NCBI GenBank assembly: GCA_964413735.1
Contig: CAYPSS010000004.1
Coordinates: 39,538-103,537, forward strand
DNA from: an uncultured Gammaproteobacteria bacterium
GTDB lineage: Bacteria; Patescibacteriota; Patescibacteriia; UBA11705
DNA: 64,000 bases
Direction of reading: 5' to 3'
Part shown: positions 16,882-28,400 of the stretch, piece by piece
How positions within the stretch are numbered: the stretch's first letter is position 1
How the letters are laid out: each line of letters begins with the position of its first letter
Notes under the pieces: generated by a model
What the model saw: the letters and a program-made list of their open reading frames with translations, nothing else
Told to the model about the DNA's origin: nothing
Databases searched by the model: none
Position numbers and translations under genes: made by a program

Positions 16882-17421
16882 TTATAAAAGAGTTTTTATT
16901 TGTTCAATGATTTGATTTTTCAGTGAGCGCAGTTTTAATTTTTCCATAATCGAGAAGTTATGCAAAACGAAATTTTCGGTTTTGCCTTGTTTTTCTTTAT
17001 CTTGCTTGCCAATACCGATACGCACCCGATGAAACATTTGAGTACCCAGCAGTTCAATGATTGATTTTATACCATTATGACCGGCGCTACTGATATCTTT
17101 TTGAAATTTATATTTCCCAATTGGCAAATCCAGATCATCATGAATAATAATAATATCGAGTGGAGCTAATTTGTAATAAGCGGCTAGCGCTTGAACGGCG
17201 CGACCCGATTCATTCATAAAGGTCAATGGTTTAGCTAAAATGATTTTATCATCATTAAATGTTCCGGTACTGATTTCCGCTTGGAATTTACTGTTTTTTT
17301 GCCAAGTTGAAAAATCAAAATCAGATTCTTTTTGAATAAGATCAATAATTTGAAAGCCGATATTATGGCGGGTGGTGGAATATTTTTTCCCCGGATTGCC
17401 CAAACCAACAATAAGTTTCAT
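16882..17421 (-). CDS. pth: Peptidyl-tRNA hydrolase
   Basis: 179 aa. N-terminus MKLIVGLGNPGKKYSTTRHNIGF is the canonical Pth signature. Confidence 0.9.
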   Translation of the reverse strand: MKLIVGLGNPGKKYSTTRHNIGFQIIDLIQKESDFDFSTWQKNSKFQAEISTGTFNDDKIILAKPLTFMNESGRAVQALAAYYKLAPLDIIIIHDDLDLPIGKYKFQKDISSAGHNGIKSIIELLGTQMFHRVRIGIGKQDKEKQGKTENFVLHNFSIMEKLKLRSLKNQIIEQIKTLL

Positions 17422-17430
17422 ATGAATAGA

Positions 17431-18810
17431 TTATTTGTTCAAATATACTTTACCTTTGATTTTTGCCACATCGGTAATTACCAATTTAATGCCGACGCCA
17501 GCTAATTGGTAGCGTTCACGTAAATTATTTTTAATAAATCGTAAATAAGAAAAATGAATGTTTTCCGGTTGGTTGGTAATAATTTCAAATGTTTGAGGCG
17601 CAGTATTGATTTGTCTGATTTGATGAATGAACGGTGGTTTAGTGCCTTTGGTTTTTCGGGGTGATTGTCTTTTGATAATGTATTTAAGAAAATCATTTAA
17701 TTCCGTTTGAGCGATTTCCAAGTGTTGTTTGGTATAAACTTCTAGAATCAAATCAACCAGACGATTAATTTTAAATCCTGTTTTGGCCGATAAGAAAACA
17801 ACCGGAGCCCAAGTAAGATAGGGGAAATGAGCATAAACATGATCAATAAATTTTTTGTCACTATGTTCATCTTTGTCTTTTACCAAATCCCACTTATTGA
17901 CGACAAAAATCAAGCTTTGACTTCGTTCCAGAATTTCTCTCGAAATATTTTTGTCTTGCATGGTAATATCTTCGTTGGCATCAAGCATTAGAAGTGTAAG
18001 GTCAGCGCGTCTGATGGCATTTAAGCTTTGTTCGACGCTTTCTTCCTCAATGGCGTTGTCAATTTTTCTTTGTTTGCGAATTCCCGCCGTATCAATGAAA
18101 TTCAATAAAACTTTTTCGCCTTGATAATCGGTTTCAATCCCAAAATCTTGACTATCGCGGGTGGTGTGCGCCACGCTACTGACAATTGATCGTTCTTCGC
18201 CGGCGATTTTATTTAGAAGTGATGATTTGCCAACATTGGGTTTGCCGATTATGGCGATATCGATTTTTTTCAATTTTGATTCCTTGGTTTTTGGTGCTTT
18301 TGTCTTTAGAATCTTTAATATTTTGTCGAGCAAATCACCGGTGCCGGCGCCGGTAACCGCGGAAATCATTTCCCAATCCTTAATCCCCAAAGTTAAAAAG
18401 TCATTAACTTCTGCAATTTGTTTCGGGCCATCTACCTTGTTGATAACCAAGAAAAACGGCACATTAAGTCCGCGAAGCATTTTGGCATATTCTTTGTCTT
18501 GGGGGAGAATCCCTTGTTTGCCGTCCACCACCAAAAGGTTTAAAGCGGAATTTTGGGCGGTTGATTTGGCTGCCCGAACCGCTTCTTTGTCAATTTTTTC
18601 TACTGTGGAAACATCTAGGCCGGCGGTATCGGTAAGCTTGAAAGATCGTCCATTCCAGCGACATTCACCGTCTTTGCGATCGCGAGTGGTGCCGGGAATT
18701 TTTGAGACAATAGCGCCTTTTTCTTCAGTTAAACGATTAAAAATCGTAGATTTTCCGACATTGGTGCGTCCGATCAAAGCTACTTGAGGGAGTTTTTTGT
18801 TTGAAGTCAT
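17431..18810 (-). CDS. der: Ribosome-associated GTPase Der/EngA
   Basis: 459 aa. Two tandem GTPase domains (GRTNVGKST..DTAG; GKPNVGKSS..DTAG) plus a C-terminal KH-like domain. Confidence 0.9.
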   Translation of the reverse strand: MTSNKKLPQVALIGRTNVGKSTIFNRLTEEKGAIVSKIPGTTRDRKDGECRWNGRSFKLTDTAGLDVSTVEKIDKEAVRAAKSTAQNSALNLLVVDGKQGILPQDKEYAKMLRGLNVPFFLVINKVDGPKQIAEVNDFLTLGIKDWEMISAVTGAGTGDLLDKILKILKTKAPKTKESKLKKIDIAIIGKPNVGKSSLLNKIAGEERSIVSSVAHTTRDSQDFGIETDYQGEKVLLNFIDTAGIRKQRKIDNAIEEESVEQSLNAIRRADLTLLMLDANEDITMQDKNISREILERSQSLIFVVNKWDLVKDKDEHSDKKFIDHVYAHFPYLTWAPVVFLSAKTGFKINRLVDLILEVYTKQHLEIAQTELNDFLKYIIKRQSPRKTKGTKPPFIHQIRQINTAPQTFEIITNQPENIHFSYLRFIKNNLRERYQLAGVGIKLVITDVAKIKGKVYLNK

Positions 18811-20222
18811 ATTGATTGATTGATAAAGGGAATGGCGCTTTGTCCCAGAATTATATAATAATCAGTGGTTAATTCCGCGTCGGTCTTTACCCATTCGGGA
18901 ACATCAGTCACAATATCGGCTGGGAAAAGTTTTGATAGTTTCTCCAGTTCCGTTTGATTTTTTTGCGCCGTTAAATCGTAAATTATGGTTTGCGAAAGAT
19001 TTTGTTCCGGTGCATTGCCGATTTTCAAAATTTTATAACCATATTTTTTTAATATTTCCGAACTGCGAAAGGCTAATCCATTTTCCGGCGTACCATTCAT
19101 AATTTCCAGATTTAACGGTTGGGTAACCGTTTCTATTGCCGGGCTAAAGAAAATATTTTTAAGTGAAAATTGAATTTGTGAAAAATCTCCGCCTTTTGGT
19201 TGAAGAACATAGGCACCATTTACAGATCCTGAATATAGGTAACCGTTGGGGCTATCATCTAATACTAGGCTTTTAGCATTTTCCAAATCAATATCTTTAA
19301 TTAAAGTGTAAAATGCCAGAGCTTCGGAAATTTCCATATTGGTTTTTACATGATCATCCATAGCAGCAAGTAGTTTGTTTAATTTTTTGGGATTAAATAA
19401 GGTAGAGTAAGATAGGGCGCGATCTTTGATCGCCATGATAACTTTTTGTTGACGCTCACTGCGGGCGAAATCTGAGCCTTCACCATTGTTGCCATGACGG
19501 GATCGAACATATTTCAATGCGGTATCACCATCCATTGTTTGCCAGCCTTTTTCAAAAGAAATAACTTGATATTTATAATCATCGGTGGGATATTGATAAT
19601 CCACGAAATCTTTTTCAACAAAAATTTTAATACCACCAAGATCATCAATCAATTTCTCAAAACCAGTGAAATCAACGCGGACATAATAGTGGATCGGAAG
19701 ATCTAAAATATTGGCAACCACTTGAGAGGCTAATTCACCGCCGTTACCTTTTTTCTTTAATTCGCCGAAGTGGTTGGCATTGTTAATTTTCCACATTCCT
19801 TGTTCGGGGATATTGACCAATAAATCGCGGGGAATAGAGATGAAAGCGATTTTTTTTGTTGAGGGTTGAATGCTGGCTAAAATTATGGTATCGGTTAAAT
19901 TGGGACCATCATGACCGGCTCCGCCAATGCCCAGAAGTAAGACATTGATGCGATCTTCTTTTATGCCGGCTAAATCTTCATCATTACCCCAAGCTAAATT
20001 GGTCAATTGCTTGAAAATACTGATTTTACCGCCAAATGAATCAACAAAACTGTTTTGAGTGAAAAGCACTTGGTAGGTAAAAATAAAAAAAGTAATGGTT
20101 AAAACTGAAAATAAATAGATAATGAATTTACTGACTTGGAATATTTTTTTGCCTTTGGGACGGAGATTGTCAGTGTGATCCAAGAGATTGATTTTATTGT
20201 CGTGAATATTATTGATAAACAT
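18807..20222 (-). CDS. LytR-CpsA-Psr (LCP) family cell-envelope phosphotransferase with LytR_C domain
   Basis: 471 aa. N-terminal TM helix; LCP core (INVLLLGIGGAGHDGPNLTDTIILASIQP...ISIPRDL). Overlaps der by 4 bp. Confidence 0.8.
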   Translation of the reverse strand: MFINNIHDNKINLLDHTDNLRPKGKKIFQVSKFIIYLFSVLTITFFIFTYQVLFTQNSFVDSFGGKISIFKQLTNLAWGNDEDLAGIKEDRINVLLLGIGGAGHDGPNLTDTIILASIQPSTKKIAFISIPRDLLVNIPEQGMWKINNANHFGELKKKGNGGELASQVVANILDLPIHYYVRVDFTGFEKLIDDLGGIKIFVEKDFVDYQYPTDDYKYQVISFEKGWQTMDGDTALKYVRSRHGNNGEGSDFARSERQQKVIMAIKDRALSYSTLFNPKKLNKLLAAMDDHVKTNMEISEALAFYTLIKDIDLENAKSLVLDDSPNGYLYSGSVNGAYVLQPKGGDFSQIQFSLKNIFFSPAIETVTQPLNLEIMNGTPENGLAFRSSEILKKYGYKILKIGNAPEQNLSQTIIYDLTAQKNQTELEKLSKLFPADIVTDVPEWVKTDAELTTDYYIILGQSAIPFINQSI

Positions 20223-20441
20223 AATGGATAAAAATAAAAATACCGCTATTAAACAAGCTTTAACTTGATTGATTATACAATGAATTTGCGGTTAGAGCAA
20301 GAGGGGGTAAAAAATAAAATATTTGCGTTTGTTTTAGGAAAAAGATATACTGTGCTTATGTTTTATATTTACGTTATTTGATTTTTTGGTGATTTTGTAG
20401 TATAATTTTTTTGATATTTCTGGGGGTTAATTTTTTTATCT

Positions 20442-21071
20442 ATGTTTAATCGTAATTCAGAAAAATACGATTTGATCAATGACCATGAGGATTTGAGTTT
20501 TGGTAAACGAGCGATTTATTTTGTCTGGGATTTGGTCAAGGTGGTCTTTGTTTCTTTGGCGATTATTATCCCGATTCGTTATTTTTTAATTCAACCTTTT
20601 TATGTTAAAGGGGCTTCAATGGAGCCAAGTTTTTATGATCATGAATATTTGATTATCAATGAAATCACTTATCGTTTCGGTCAGCCGGAAAGAGGGGATA
20701 TTGTGGTTTTCAAATATCCCAAGGATCCATCGCAGTTTTTTATCAAGAGAATTATCGGGTTGCCCGGTGAAAAGGTGGAAGTAAAAAACGGATTTGTGTT
20801 TATTTATACGGACAATGGGAAAAAGAAATTTTTATTAGATGAGTATTCTTATTTGGAGGCGGAAGTGAAAACTCAAGGAGAAAAAATTTGGGTTTTGGGT
20901 GAAAATGAGTATTATGTAATGGGTGATAATCGTGAACACAGTTTTGACTCGCGTTCTTTTGGTCCGGTAGATAAGGATTTAATAATTGGAAAAGTATGGT
21001 TTCGTGGTTGGCCACTTAATCGTTTAACTTTATTTAAGGGAATAGATTACGGTTCTATAAATAATCAATAA
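20442..21071 (+). CDS. lepB: Signal peptidase I
   Basis: 209 aa. TM helix, catalytic-Ser box GASMEPSF, Lys box KRIIGLPGE, and GDNREHSFDSR. Confidence 0.85.
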   Translation: MFNRNSEKYDLINDHEDLSFGKRAIYFVWDLVKVVFVSLAIIIPIRYFLIQPFYVKGASMEPSFYDHEYLIINEITYRFGQPERGDIVVFKYPKDPSQFFIKRIIGLPGEKVEVKNGFVFIYTDNGKKKFLLDEYSYLEAEVKTQGEKIWVLGENEYYVMGDNREHSFDSRSFGPVDKDLIIGKVWFRGWPLNRLTLFKGIDYGSINNQ

Positions 21072-21093
21072 TGCAAAATTCAAATAAAAAATT

Positions 21094-22422
21094 ATGCCAA
21101 GAAGAAAAAAAATTGAAGAGCCAATGGAACAAATAAAAAGAATTAAATCTCCGGCTTTGGTTAAAGGGATGAAAGATCTTACCGCCGGGGAAAGTCGTTA
21201 TTGGCAATTTGTTTATGATCGTTTCATGTCCTTGGCCGAAGACTTTGGTTTTGCCAAAATTGATACGCCGATTTTGGAAAAATATGAATTATTTTCTCAT
21301 ACTTTGGGGCGTAATCATTCATTGATCAAAAAGGAAGCCATTGTTTTTCAGGAAAAAAACGAAAAAGTCATTATGCGTCCTGATTATACGCCGGCTGTGG
21401 CTCGTGCTTATGTGGAACATGGCGTATTTAATCAAACACCACCGATAAAATTTTGTTATCATGGATCGGTTTTTTCTCAGGGTGATTTTTATCAATCAAA
21501 ATTCAATGAATTACGTCAATTGGGATTGGAAGTATATAATGTTCCATCTCCGGCGGTGGACGCGGAACTGGTGGTTTTGATGGTCCAAATGTTTGAAGAT
21601 TTAGGATTAGCGCCTCACGTGCGAATTAATAGTAGCGGTTGTTTGTCTTGTCGTACCGAGTATCTAAAGGCATTGTCGATTTATATTAAAAGTAAACGAA
21701 CGGCGGTTTGCGCTTCTTGTCGTGCCTCAGCTACCAAAGATCCAATGAAATTTTTGCAATGTGCTAATCAGAAATGTCAAAAGAATTTTGAAGATGCGCC
21801 ACAAGTGGTTGATTATTTATGTGAAAAATGCCACACCCATTTATTCAAATTTTTGGAAGCTTTGGATGAAGTTAAGGTTGATTATCAGCTTGATGGTTCT
21901 TTGAGTCATGATGCTCATTATTATAATGGTACGATTTATTCCATTTATCATCGATCGGAAGATAAAACTTTGGACTTGGTTCATTTGGCTGATGGTGGTC
22001 GATTTAATTATTTGGTAGAAATGTTGTCCGGACCGGAAACACCGGCGGTTGGTATTAAGTGTATTATGGAAAAGGTAGTGGCCGCGTTAAAAGAAAACAA
22101 AATCGAAGTCCCGCGTTATCGCGCTCCTCATGTTTATTTTGCTCAATTGTCTGAGCAGGCTAAGCGTGAAGCCATGAAATTTGTGGCGGAATTGCGTCGT
22201 GAAGATTTTCGGGTAATGGCTAATTTTTCGAAAGATTCATTACGGTCTCAACTGGAAGTGGCTCAAAAGGCCGGGGCCAAGATAATTTTGATTTTAGGTC
22301 AACGTGAAGTGGTTGACGGTACTATTCTAATGCGTGATGTGGAAAGTGGAATTCAGGAAGTGGTAAATCGTAAGAAGGTGATAAGTGAAATCAAGAAAAG
22401 GTTGCAAGATTCTAAAAAATGA
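21094..22422 (+). CDS. hisS: Histidine--tRNA ligase (class II) carrying an inserted Cys-rich zinc-ribbon segment
   Basis: 442 aa. The N-terminal half aligns by eye to E. coli HisS (GMKD...RPDYTPAVARAY...HGSVFSQGDFY...QLGLEVY), and the C-terminal anticodon-binding domain matches. Insertion with CLSC...CASC...CEKC at about 21640-21840. HisZ cannot be excluded. Confidence 0.7.
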   Translation: MPRRKKIEEPMEQIKRIKSPALVKGMKDLTAGESRYWQFVYDRFMSLAEDFGFAKIDTPILEKYELFSHTLGRNHSLIKKEAIVFQEKNEKVIMRPDYTPAVARAYVEHGVFNQTPPIKFCYHGSVFSQGDFYQSKFNELRQLGLEVYNVPSPAVDAELVVLMVQMFEDLGLAPHVRINSSGCLSCRTEYLKALSIYIKSKRTAVCASCRASATKDPMKFLQCANQKCQKNFEDAPQVVDYLCEKCHTHLFKFLEALDEVKVDYQLDGSLSHDAHYYNGTIYSIYHRSEDKTLDLVHLADGGRFNYLVEMLSGPETPAVGIKCIMEKVVAALKENKIEVPRYRAPHVYFAQLSEQAKREAMKFVAELRREDFRVMANFSKDSLRSQLEVAQKAGAKIILILGQREVVDGTILMRDVESGIQEVVNRKKVISEIKKRLQDSKK

Positions 22423-22491
22423 GTATAATGTAATTTGATCCTTTAAGGAAAGATAAAATAATAGCTAATCTAGAAAGAGAGGTGTTCTTCT

Positions 22492-22731
22492 ATGGTGGAA
22501 TGTAAACGAAAAAAAGGCGAAACATTTGAGTCATTTCTTCGTCGCTTTAATAAGCGAATCATTCAAAGCGGAAAGGTCTTGCAGTTCAAAAAAGTGCAAT
22601 TCCATGCCAAAGATCCTAATAAGAATTTGGTGAAAAAATCCACTTTGAAAAGACAGCAATTAAAGAAACAATACGAATTTTTGACCAAGGTGGGTCGCTT
22701 AAAAGAAGAACCAAAAAAAAGACGGCGCTAG
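22492..22731 (+). CDS. rpsU: 30S ribosomal protein S21
   Basis: 79 aa, basic. It carries the ...SFLRRFNKRI... signature of bS21; a terminator-like hairpin gctag-gcaa-ctagc plus a T-run follows. Confidence 0.85.
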   Translation: MVECKRKKGETFESFLRRFNKRIIQSGKVLQFKKVQFHAKDPNKNLVKKSTLKRQQLKKQYEFLTKVGRLKEEPKKRRR

Positions 22732-22823
22732 GCAACTAGCCCGTTTTTTTATTGTGGGTAAAAAATGCGTAAAAATATTTGGCGATCATAAAAAACAGTG
22801 GTATAATATGAGCATAAAAATAT

Positions 22824-23267
22824 ATGACTCTTCAAGAAAAAATTGAAAAAGATTTTTTGGTTTCTTATCGCACTCGGGAAAAAGATACGGTGGCGGTTTT
22901 AAGGATGTTGAAATCAGCGATCAAGAATCGAGAAATTGATAAAAAAGAACCATTAACCGACGAAGAAGTATTGCAAACGATTCGCGGTGAAATTAAAAAG
23001 CGTAAAGAATCAATTGAAAATTATCAGACTGGTAATCGTCCGGATTTGGTGGCAATTGAACAAAAAGAAATTGAGATTTTGTCTGTTTATTTACCGGCAG
23101 AATTAAGCGAAGTGGAACTGGAGCAAAAAATATTGACGGTTCTGGCTGATTTGGGCGGAAAAGAAAAAGTGAATTACGGACAATTAATGGGTGCCAGTAT
23201 GAAAGCACTAAACGGACAAGTAGACGGCAAAAGAGTGGGGGAGGCAGTAAAAAAAATCTTAAGTTGA
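22824..23267 (+). CDS. GatB/YqeY domain protein
   Basis: 147 aa. C-terminal GatB/YqeY signature ...VNYGQLMGASMKALNGQVDGKRVGEAVKKIL. Confidence 0.8.
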   Translation: MTLQEKIEKDFLVSYRTREKDTVAVLRMLKSAIKNREIDKKEPLTDEEVLQTIRGEIKKRKESIENYQTGNRPDLVAIEQKEIEILSVYLPAELSEVELEQKILTVLADLGGKEKVNYGQLMGASMKALNGQVDGKRVGEAVKKILS

Positions 23268-25435
23268 TTTTATTTTATTATCATAAAAACAAAAAAATGT
23301 TGAAAAATAAATATCGATCTCATAATATTTCCTACTTAATTTACGGATTATTTTTCTCCTTGGTAATTGGTATTATAATTGGAGGATTTTTTGTTTCAGT
23401 GCCGACCGGCTTTGCTCAAGGTTCAGAGATTATTGAAACAACTGATCAAGCCTTGGAAGTAACGCCATTGGGGAAGGAAGATCCTCGGGTGATTGTGGCG
23501 CGAATTATTCAAATTTTCTTAGGTTTTTTGGGTGCGGTGGCTTTGGTCTTGATAATTTATGCCGGATATTTGTACATGACTTCCGGTGGAGATAATACTA
23601 AGGTTGAAAAAGCGAAAAAAATAATAATCAATGCAGTTATTGGTTTGGCGATCATTATGTTGTCATTTGCCATTGTGACTTTTATTCTCAATCAATTGAG
23701 TAAAGCTTTGGGGATCGGTCAGGGTGGAACACAATATGAATATTATCCGCCGGGGTTGGGCAGTGGCAGTTTAGGGCGTGTAATTCAAGATCATTTTCCC
23801 GGGAATAATGCGGTTGTCCCACGTAATACAGTGATTTTGGTGACTTTCATTGAACCGATTTGGCCGGTGAGTGTGATTAAAAGCGATACGATTTCTTGTT
23901 TTGATCAAGATAATAAAAATATTTGTACTGGTGGTGATTGTAAGATTGGGGAAATTAGACCAAATGAAAATATGATTTGTCGGGGACAATTGGATATTCA
24001 AGCCATGAAAGTTTATCGTGCATGTGATTCTGTTTATGCTCCAGGTGTAGTATTGCCGGAAGATTATTCCGAGGCGAATCGTAATACGCCCAATATTTGT
24101 AATGATTGGACCGGTGATCCACCGACCGATGATTTATTGGTGGGTGGTGATGATAATTTGGAAATAACCATTACTCCGGACTTTAAAACAATAGTTTTTA
24201 ATCCTTATGGATTAAGTGAAGACGAACATTTGGGGTCAGCGTTGTTTGATACCGGATATTTGGTGCAATTGACCAATAATATTATTAATTTGAATCGTAA
24301 TGCCGGAGTTTTTTCCAATGAAACTTCCAGATCATATACTTGGCAATTTACAACTGATACGACTTTGGATTTAACCCCGCCTTTTGTGACCGGTGTTTAT
24401 CCAGTGGAATTGGATGCCAACGGTCAACCGATTAACCCTAGTGATAATGTGGCTAATAATGGTTATCCGCGAAATACGCGTGTGCGCGTGGATTTTTCCG
24501 AACCGGTGATTCCACCGATTTATACCAAATTTTCCGCCGGAGCAATTGCCGGTTATGAAAATGCGGAAATATTGGTCTATTATGGCGATACGATGATCGA
24601 GGGCCAATTGCTAACCGGGATAAATAATTATCGTTCAGTGGTTTTTAAATCTTTGAGTCCCTGTGGTGCTGATGTACCTCAATTTAATTCTTGCGGTGAT
24701 TTGCTCACTTGTTTGCCGGCTTTGGAAACTATTGTGGGTCAGGTAAATTCTGTGCCGGTAGAAAATTTAATCAATGGAAATGGTCCGACGGCATCAATTT
24801 TCCCGGCCGGGGGAATTGTGGATGCGGCGTTAAATGCGCTTGATACCAATGGCCGGTTAGGCATAGCAGATGGTATTACCAGTGGAAGAGCGGGTGATAA
24901 TTTTGTTTGGCGGTTTAAAACTTCCAATGAAGTTGATTTGAGTGCTCCATTGGTAGTGAGTAAAACCCCAAGTATTGAAGGTGAGGTTTTAGTGAATGCT
25001 TTAGTGACCGCTACCTTTACCAAATCTTTGGATCCATCAACCACAATAAATAAAAATATGGGAATTATTTCCGATTCGTGGGATGGGTGGTATACCGGGA
25101 GTTTATTATGTCCCGAGCAAATTGGAGCTGATGGTTCAAAGTTTTGTTTTACTAATGATAAAGTGGCGCAAATCAACCATAGTAATTTTTCACCAGCCAA
25201 AGAAGGGGAAGTGCCTTTGTTTTATCCGCTGATTACTTCCGGAGTTCAAGATATGATGGGGAATTGTTTTAATCCCGGTGGAGAAGCAGGTTCGGAATTT
25301 AATCCTTTAGACCCTAACCCTAAAGGATATTGTAATGGACAAGAAATGGATCAAGGGCAATCTTGTTGCGCAATTTATAACGGCGATGGTGCGGGACAAA
25401 TGGAGATTGTTAATCAAGAGACTTGCCCTTATTAA
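23264..25435 (+). CDS. Large surface protein with N-terminal pilin-like (VirB2/TrbC-like) membrane module and Ig-like/beta-rich ectodomain
   Basis: 723 aa. N-terminus ...RVIVARIIQIFLGFLGAVALVLIIYAGYLYMTSGGDNTKVEKAKKIIINAVIGLAIIML is paralogous to that of the next gene. The true start may be the M at 23297. Confidence 0.7.
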   Translation: MILFYYHKNKKMLKNKYRSHNISYLIYGLFFSLVIGIIIGGFFVSVPTGFAQGSEIIETTDQALEVTPLGKEDPRVIVARIIQIFLGFLGAVALVLIIYAGYLYMTSGGDNTKVEKAKKIIINAVIGLAIIMLSFAIVTFILNQLSKALGIGQGGTQYEYYPPGLGSGSLGRVIQDHFPGNNAVVPRNTVILVTFIEPIWPVSVIKSDTISCFDQDNKNICTGGDCKIGEIRPNENMICRGQLDIQAMKVYRACDSVYAPGVVLPEDYSEANRNTPNICNDWTGDPPTDDLLVGGDDNLEITITPDFKTIVFNPYGLSEDEHLGSALFDTGYLVQLTNNIINLNRNAGVFSNETSRSYTWQFTTDTTLDLTPPFVTGVYPVELDANGQPINPSDNVANNGYPRNTRVRVDFSEPVIPPIYTKFSAGAIAGYENAEILVYYGDTMIEGQLLTGINNYRSVVFKSLSPCGADVPQFNSCGDLLTCLPALETIVGQVNSVPVENLINGNGPTASIFPAGGIVDAALNALDTNGRLGIADGITSGRAGDNFVWRFKTSNEVDLSAPLVVSKTPSIEGEVLVNALVTATFTKSLDPSTTINKNMGIISDSWDGWYTGSLLCPEQIGADGSKFCFTNDKVAQINHSNFSPAKEGEVPLFYPLITSGVQDMMGNCFNPGGEAGSEFNPLDPNPKGYCNGQEMDQGQSCCAIYNGDGAGQMEIVNQETCPY

Positions 25436-25471
25436 ACTGATAAATTATAAATTCAACATAAAAATAAAAAA

Positions 25472-28400
25472 ATGATAACCACAAGAACAAATAAGATCGC
25501 TCTCATTCTGTTTGTTTTGATTATAGGCATATTTTTGTATGGGGGTGGTTTGGTTTTAGCTCAAGAAAATAATGTTATTAATGAAGGATTGCAAGCTTTT
25601 GGTAATGAAACTATTTTAGGGCAAGAAGATCCCAGAGTGATAATTGCGCGGGTGATTCGAATTTTACTTGGCTTTTTAGGGACCGTGGCTTTGGCGATTG
25701 TCATGTATGGCGGTTTTTTGTATATGACTTCCGGTGGTTCCGAGGAGCGCGTTGGCAAGGCCAAAAAATGGTTGATTAACGGAATTATCGGAATGGTGAT
25801 TATTATGTCAGCTTTTGCTTTGACTTCTTTTATTATTGGCGCTTTGAGCGATGCGACCGGAATTACCAATGGAAGCGGAACTAATACCGGAACAGGTACC
25901 GGACCGATTGGTGGTGAGAGTGGTTATACGGTTGGAATTTCACCGGTGGGTGAGAATAAACCGGTAAATGTGGTGATCAAAATTCAATTTCCATATGGGC
26001 ATTTGCCGGCATCAGTGGAAAATGCTCAGCAAAGTATCAAGGTTTATCAATTATCAGGGGAAGAAAAAACCGAGGTGGAAGTGCCCGGTACTTTTGGTAT
26101 TTCCGGACGAACGGTTACTTTTACCCCCAGTGGCGCATGTCCGGCCGGTTGTGAAGCGGAAAATTGTTTTGCAATAAATACTGAATATCGAGTTAAAATC
26201 AATGATTTGCAAGATTCTAATAATGAGCGAATTATTTGTCCCAACCCCATGCTTGGTTATTGTAAAATGGTGGAGTTTTCTACTAGTGGGGTTTGTGATT
26301 TGTCCGGTCCGGATATTGCTATTTCTCAGATTGCTCCGCAACCATTAAAACAAAATAATTTGTTTAGTACTTTTGTGGGAGCAAGAGATAATGGTGGAAT
26401 TTTTGCTTTGGAGTTATGTCCCGGTTGGCAGGCGGATGGTCCAAATGTTTGTCGTGAATATTTACCGGAAAACAACCCAACCGCTTTGGATTATGCTTTT
26501 TATAATTTAGATAGCAGTGAAGCGGGATTTAATTTAAGTTTAGGATGGCATGATGTTAAATTGTTTGGTGAGGATGTGGTGGGCTATAAAAGTGAAGTGA
26601 CCAAAAGAATGTTAGTAGCCTCCGAAGCTTGTTTTGATGATAATGATGAATTTAATTGCAGTTTAGCCGGTTGCGAAGTTCCTTGCGATGAATGTCAAGA
26701 TGAGGAAAATTGTGAATATTATTGTGTGGAAAATGAAACCGGAGAAACGGTTTGTTCTCCATGGCCATATCCGATTATTGATTTGATTTTGCCTCATTAT
26801 GGTCCCAGAAATAGTTTTATTACTATTCAGGGAAGAAACTTTGGAGCGTTTGGTCCTAAGAGTAATGTGAAAATGGATAATGTGGTGGCCGGATTGGCCT
26901 GTGGTGGTGGCGCCAATAGTTGGAATAATAATCAGGTGATTGTAAAAGTGCCGGAAGGTGCTAGTGATGGATGGATTCGGTTAACTGATGCGGACGGTTA
27001 TTATAATGATACCAGTGATCCCAATTCTCCGGGGTGGAAGGATAATTTTTTGATTCAACAAGAACTGAGTAATTGGATTGGTTTATGTGCGCTTGATCCA
27101 ACCGAAGGAGCACCAGGAACATTGGTTGATGCTTCCGGTGAAAATTTTGGGGAATCAGGAAGTGTTTATTTTAATCAATATACTGGCACTTCGCCGGACA
27201 GTTGGAGTAGTACTAATATTTCTAATATTCGAGTACCGAATTTGGCTGCCGGTTATGTAAATGTTCAAATCAGTCATAATGGGGTGACGGATAATGTTTT
27301 TAGTAATCCGGTGCGATTTAAAATTTTACCAGTAGAAGATAATTTGGAAATTTTTAGTGTGACGCCGGGAGATGGCCCGCAAAAGCAACTGATTACCATT
27401 AAAGGCCGTAATTTCGGGACTTCAGGAACGGTCAGTTTTATTAGTGGCGCTGATAGTTATTTGGCACAATTTCCTTGTGATGGCAGTTGGAGAGACACGG
27501 AAATTATTGCTCAGGTGCCTGAGGATGCTCCTGATGGTATTTATACTTTACAGGTAACGGGTATTAAAGGTACCGACTCAGTTGATTTTAATATTAATAA
27601 TGATCCTTTGGTTCCGGGGATTTGCAGTATGACCCCCAATAATGGTCAGCCGGGAACAAAAGTTAATTTTATTGGGGCAGCTTTTGGTGATGATTATGGT
27701 ATGGTGAGATTTACCGGTCAAAGTGGCGTGGCTCAAAATATTGAGTCCGGTGCTTTGAAGGTGCAAAAGGTTGATTGGCAAGATACCAAAATTGTTGGTG
27801 TTCAAGTTCCTCCGACAGCGGTTAGTGGTGATGTTAAAGTGATTGTTGATGGTGAGGAAAGTAATCCGGCTTATTTTAAGGTGGGGAAATGTTCATCTGA
27901 TTCTCAGTGTGGTACTGGTGAAATTTGTTGTGAAAAATCTTATTGTTCTACGGTAGATCAATGTAAACCACGAATAACGAGTAGTGCTTATGGTTGGTAT
28001 TTTAGCACCGGTTTAATGCCTCAAATTCCAAAGGTTTTGGAACGTGAATGTGTTTTGGGGGAATATGATGAATCCACTTCGCCAAGTAATAATGAACAAA
28101 TGGCTTGTCCGAACGGTTTAATTAGTTTTACTTTTAACATGAAGATGCAAACCGCTGAATTTTTAGACTTAGAAAATCAAGTGGAGATTAAACATTGTAC
28201 TGATAGTGGGCGACAATGTAATTTAGTGGAATGTACGAGCGAAGGTGGTTGTTTGGCGGAAAATTATACATTTGAATCAATTGGTAATGATTTGGAGGGC
28301 AATCCGATTATTAATGAGATTCAAGATAGTGTTTATAATAACAGGGAAGTAACGCAAGTTGTTTTGTCTGATTATGATTTAACTCCCGATACTTGGTATC

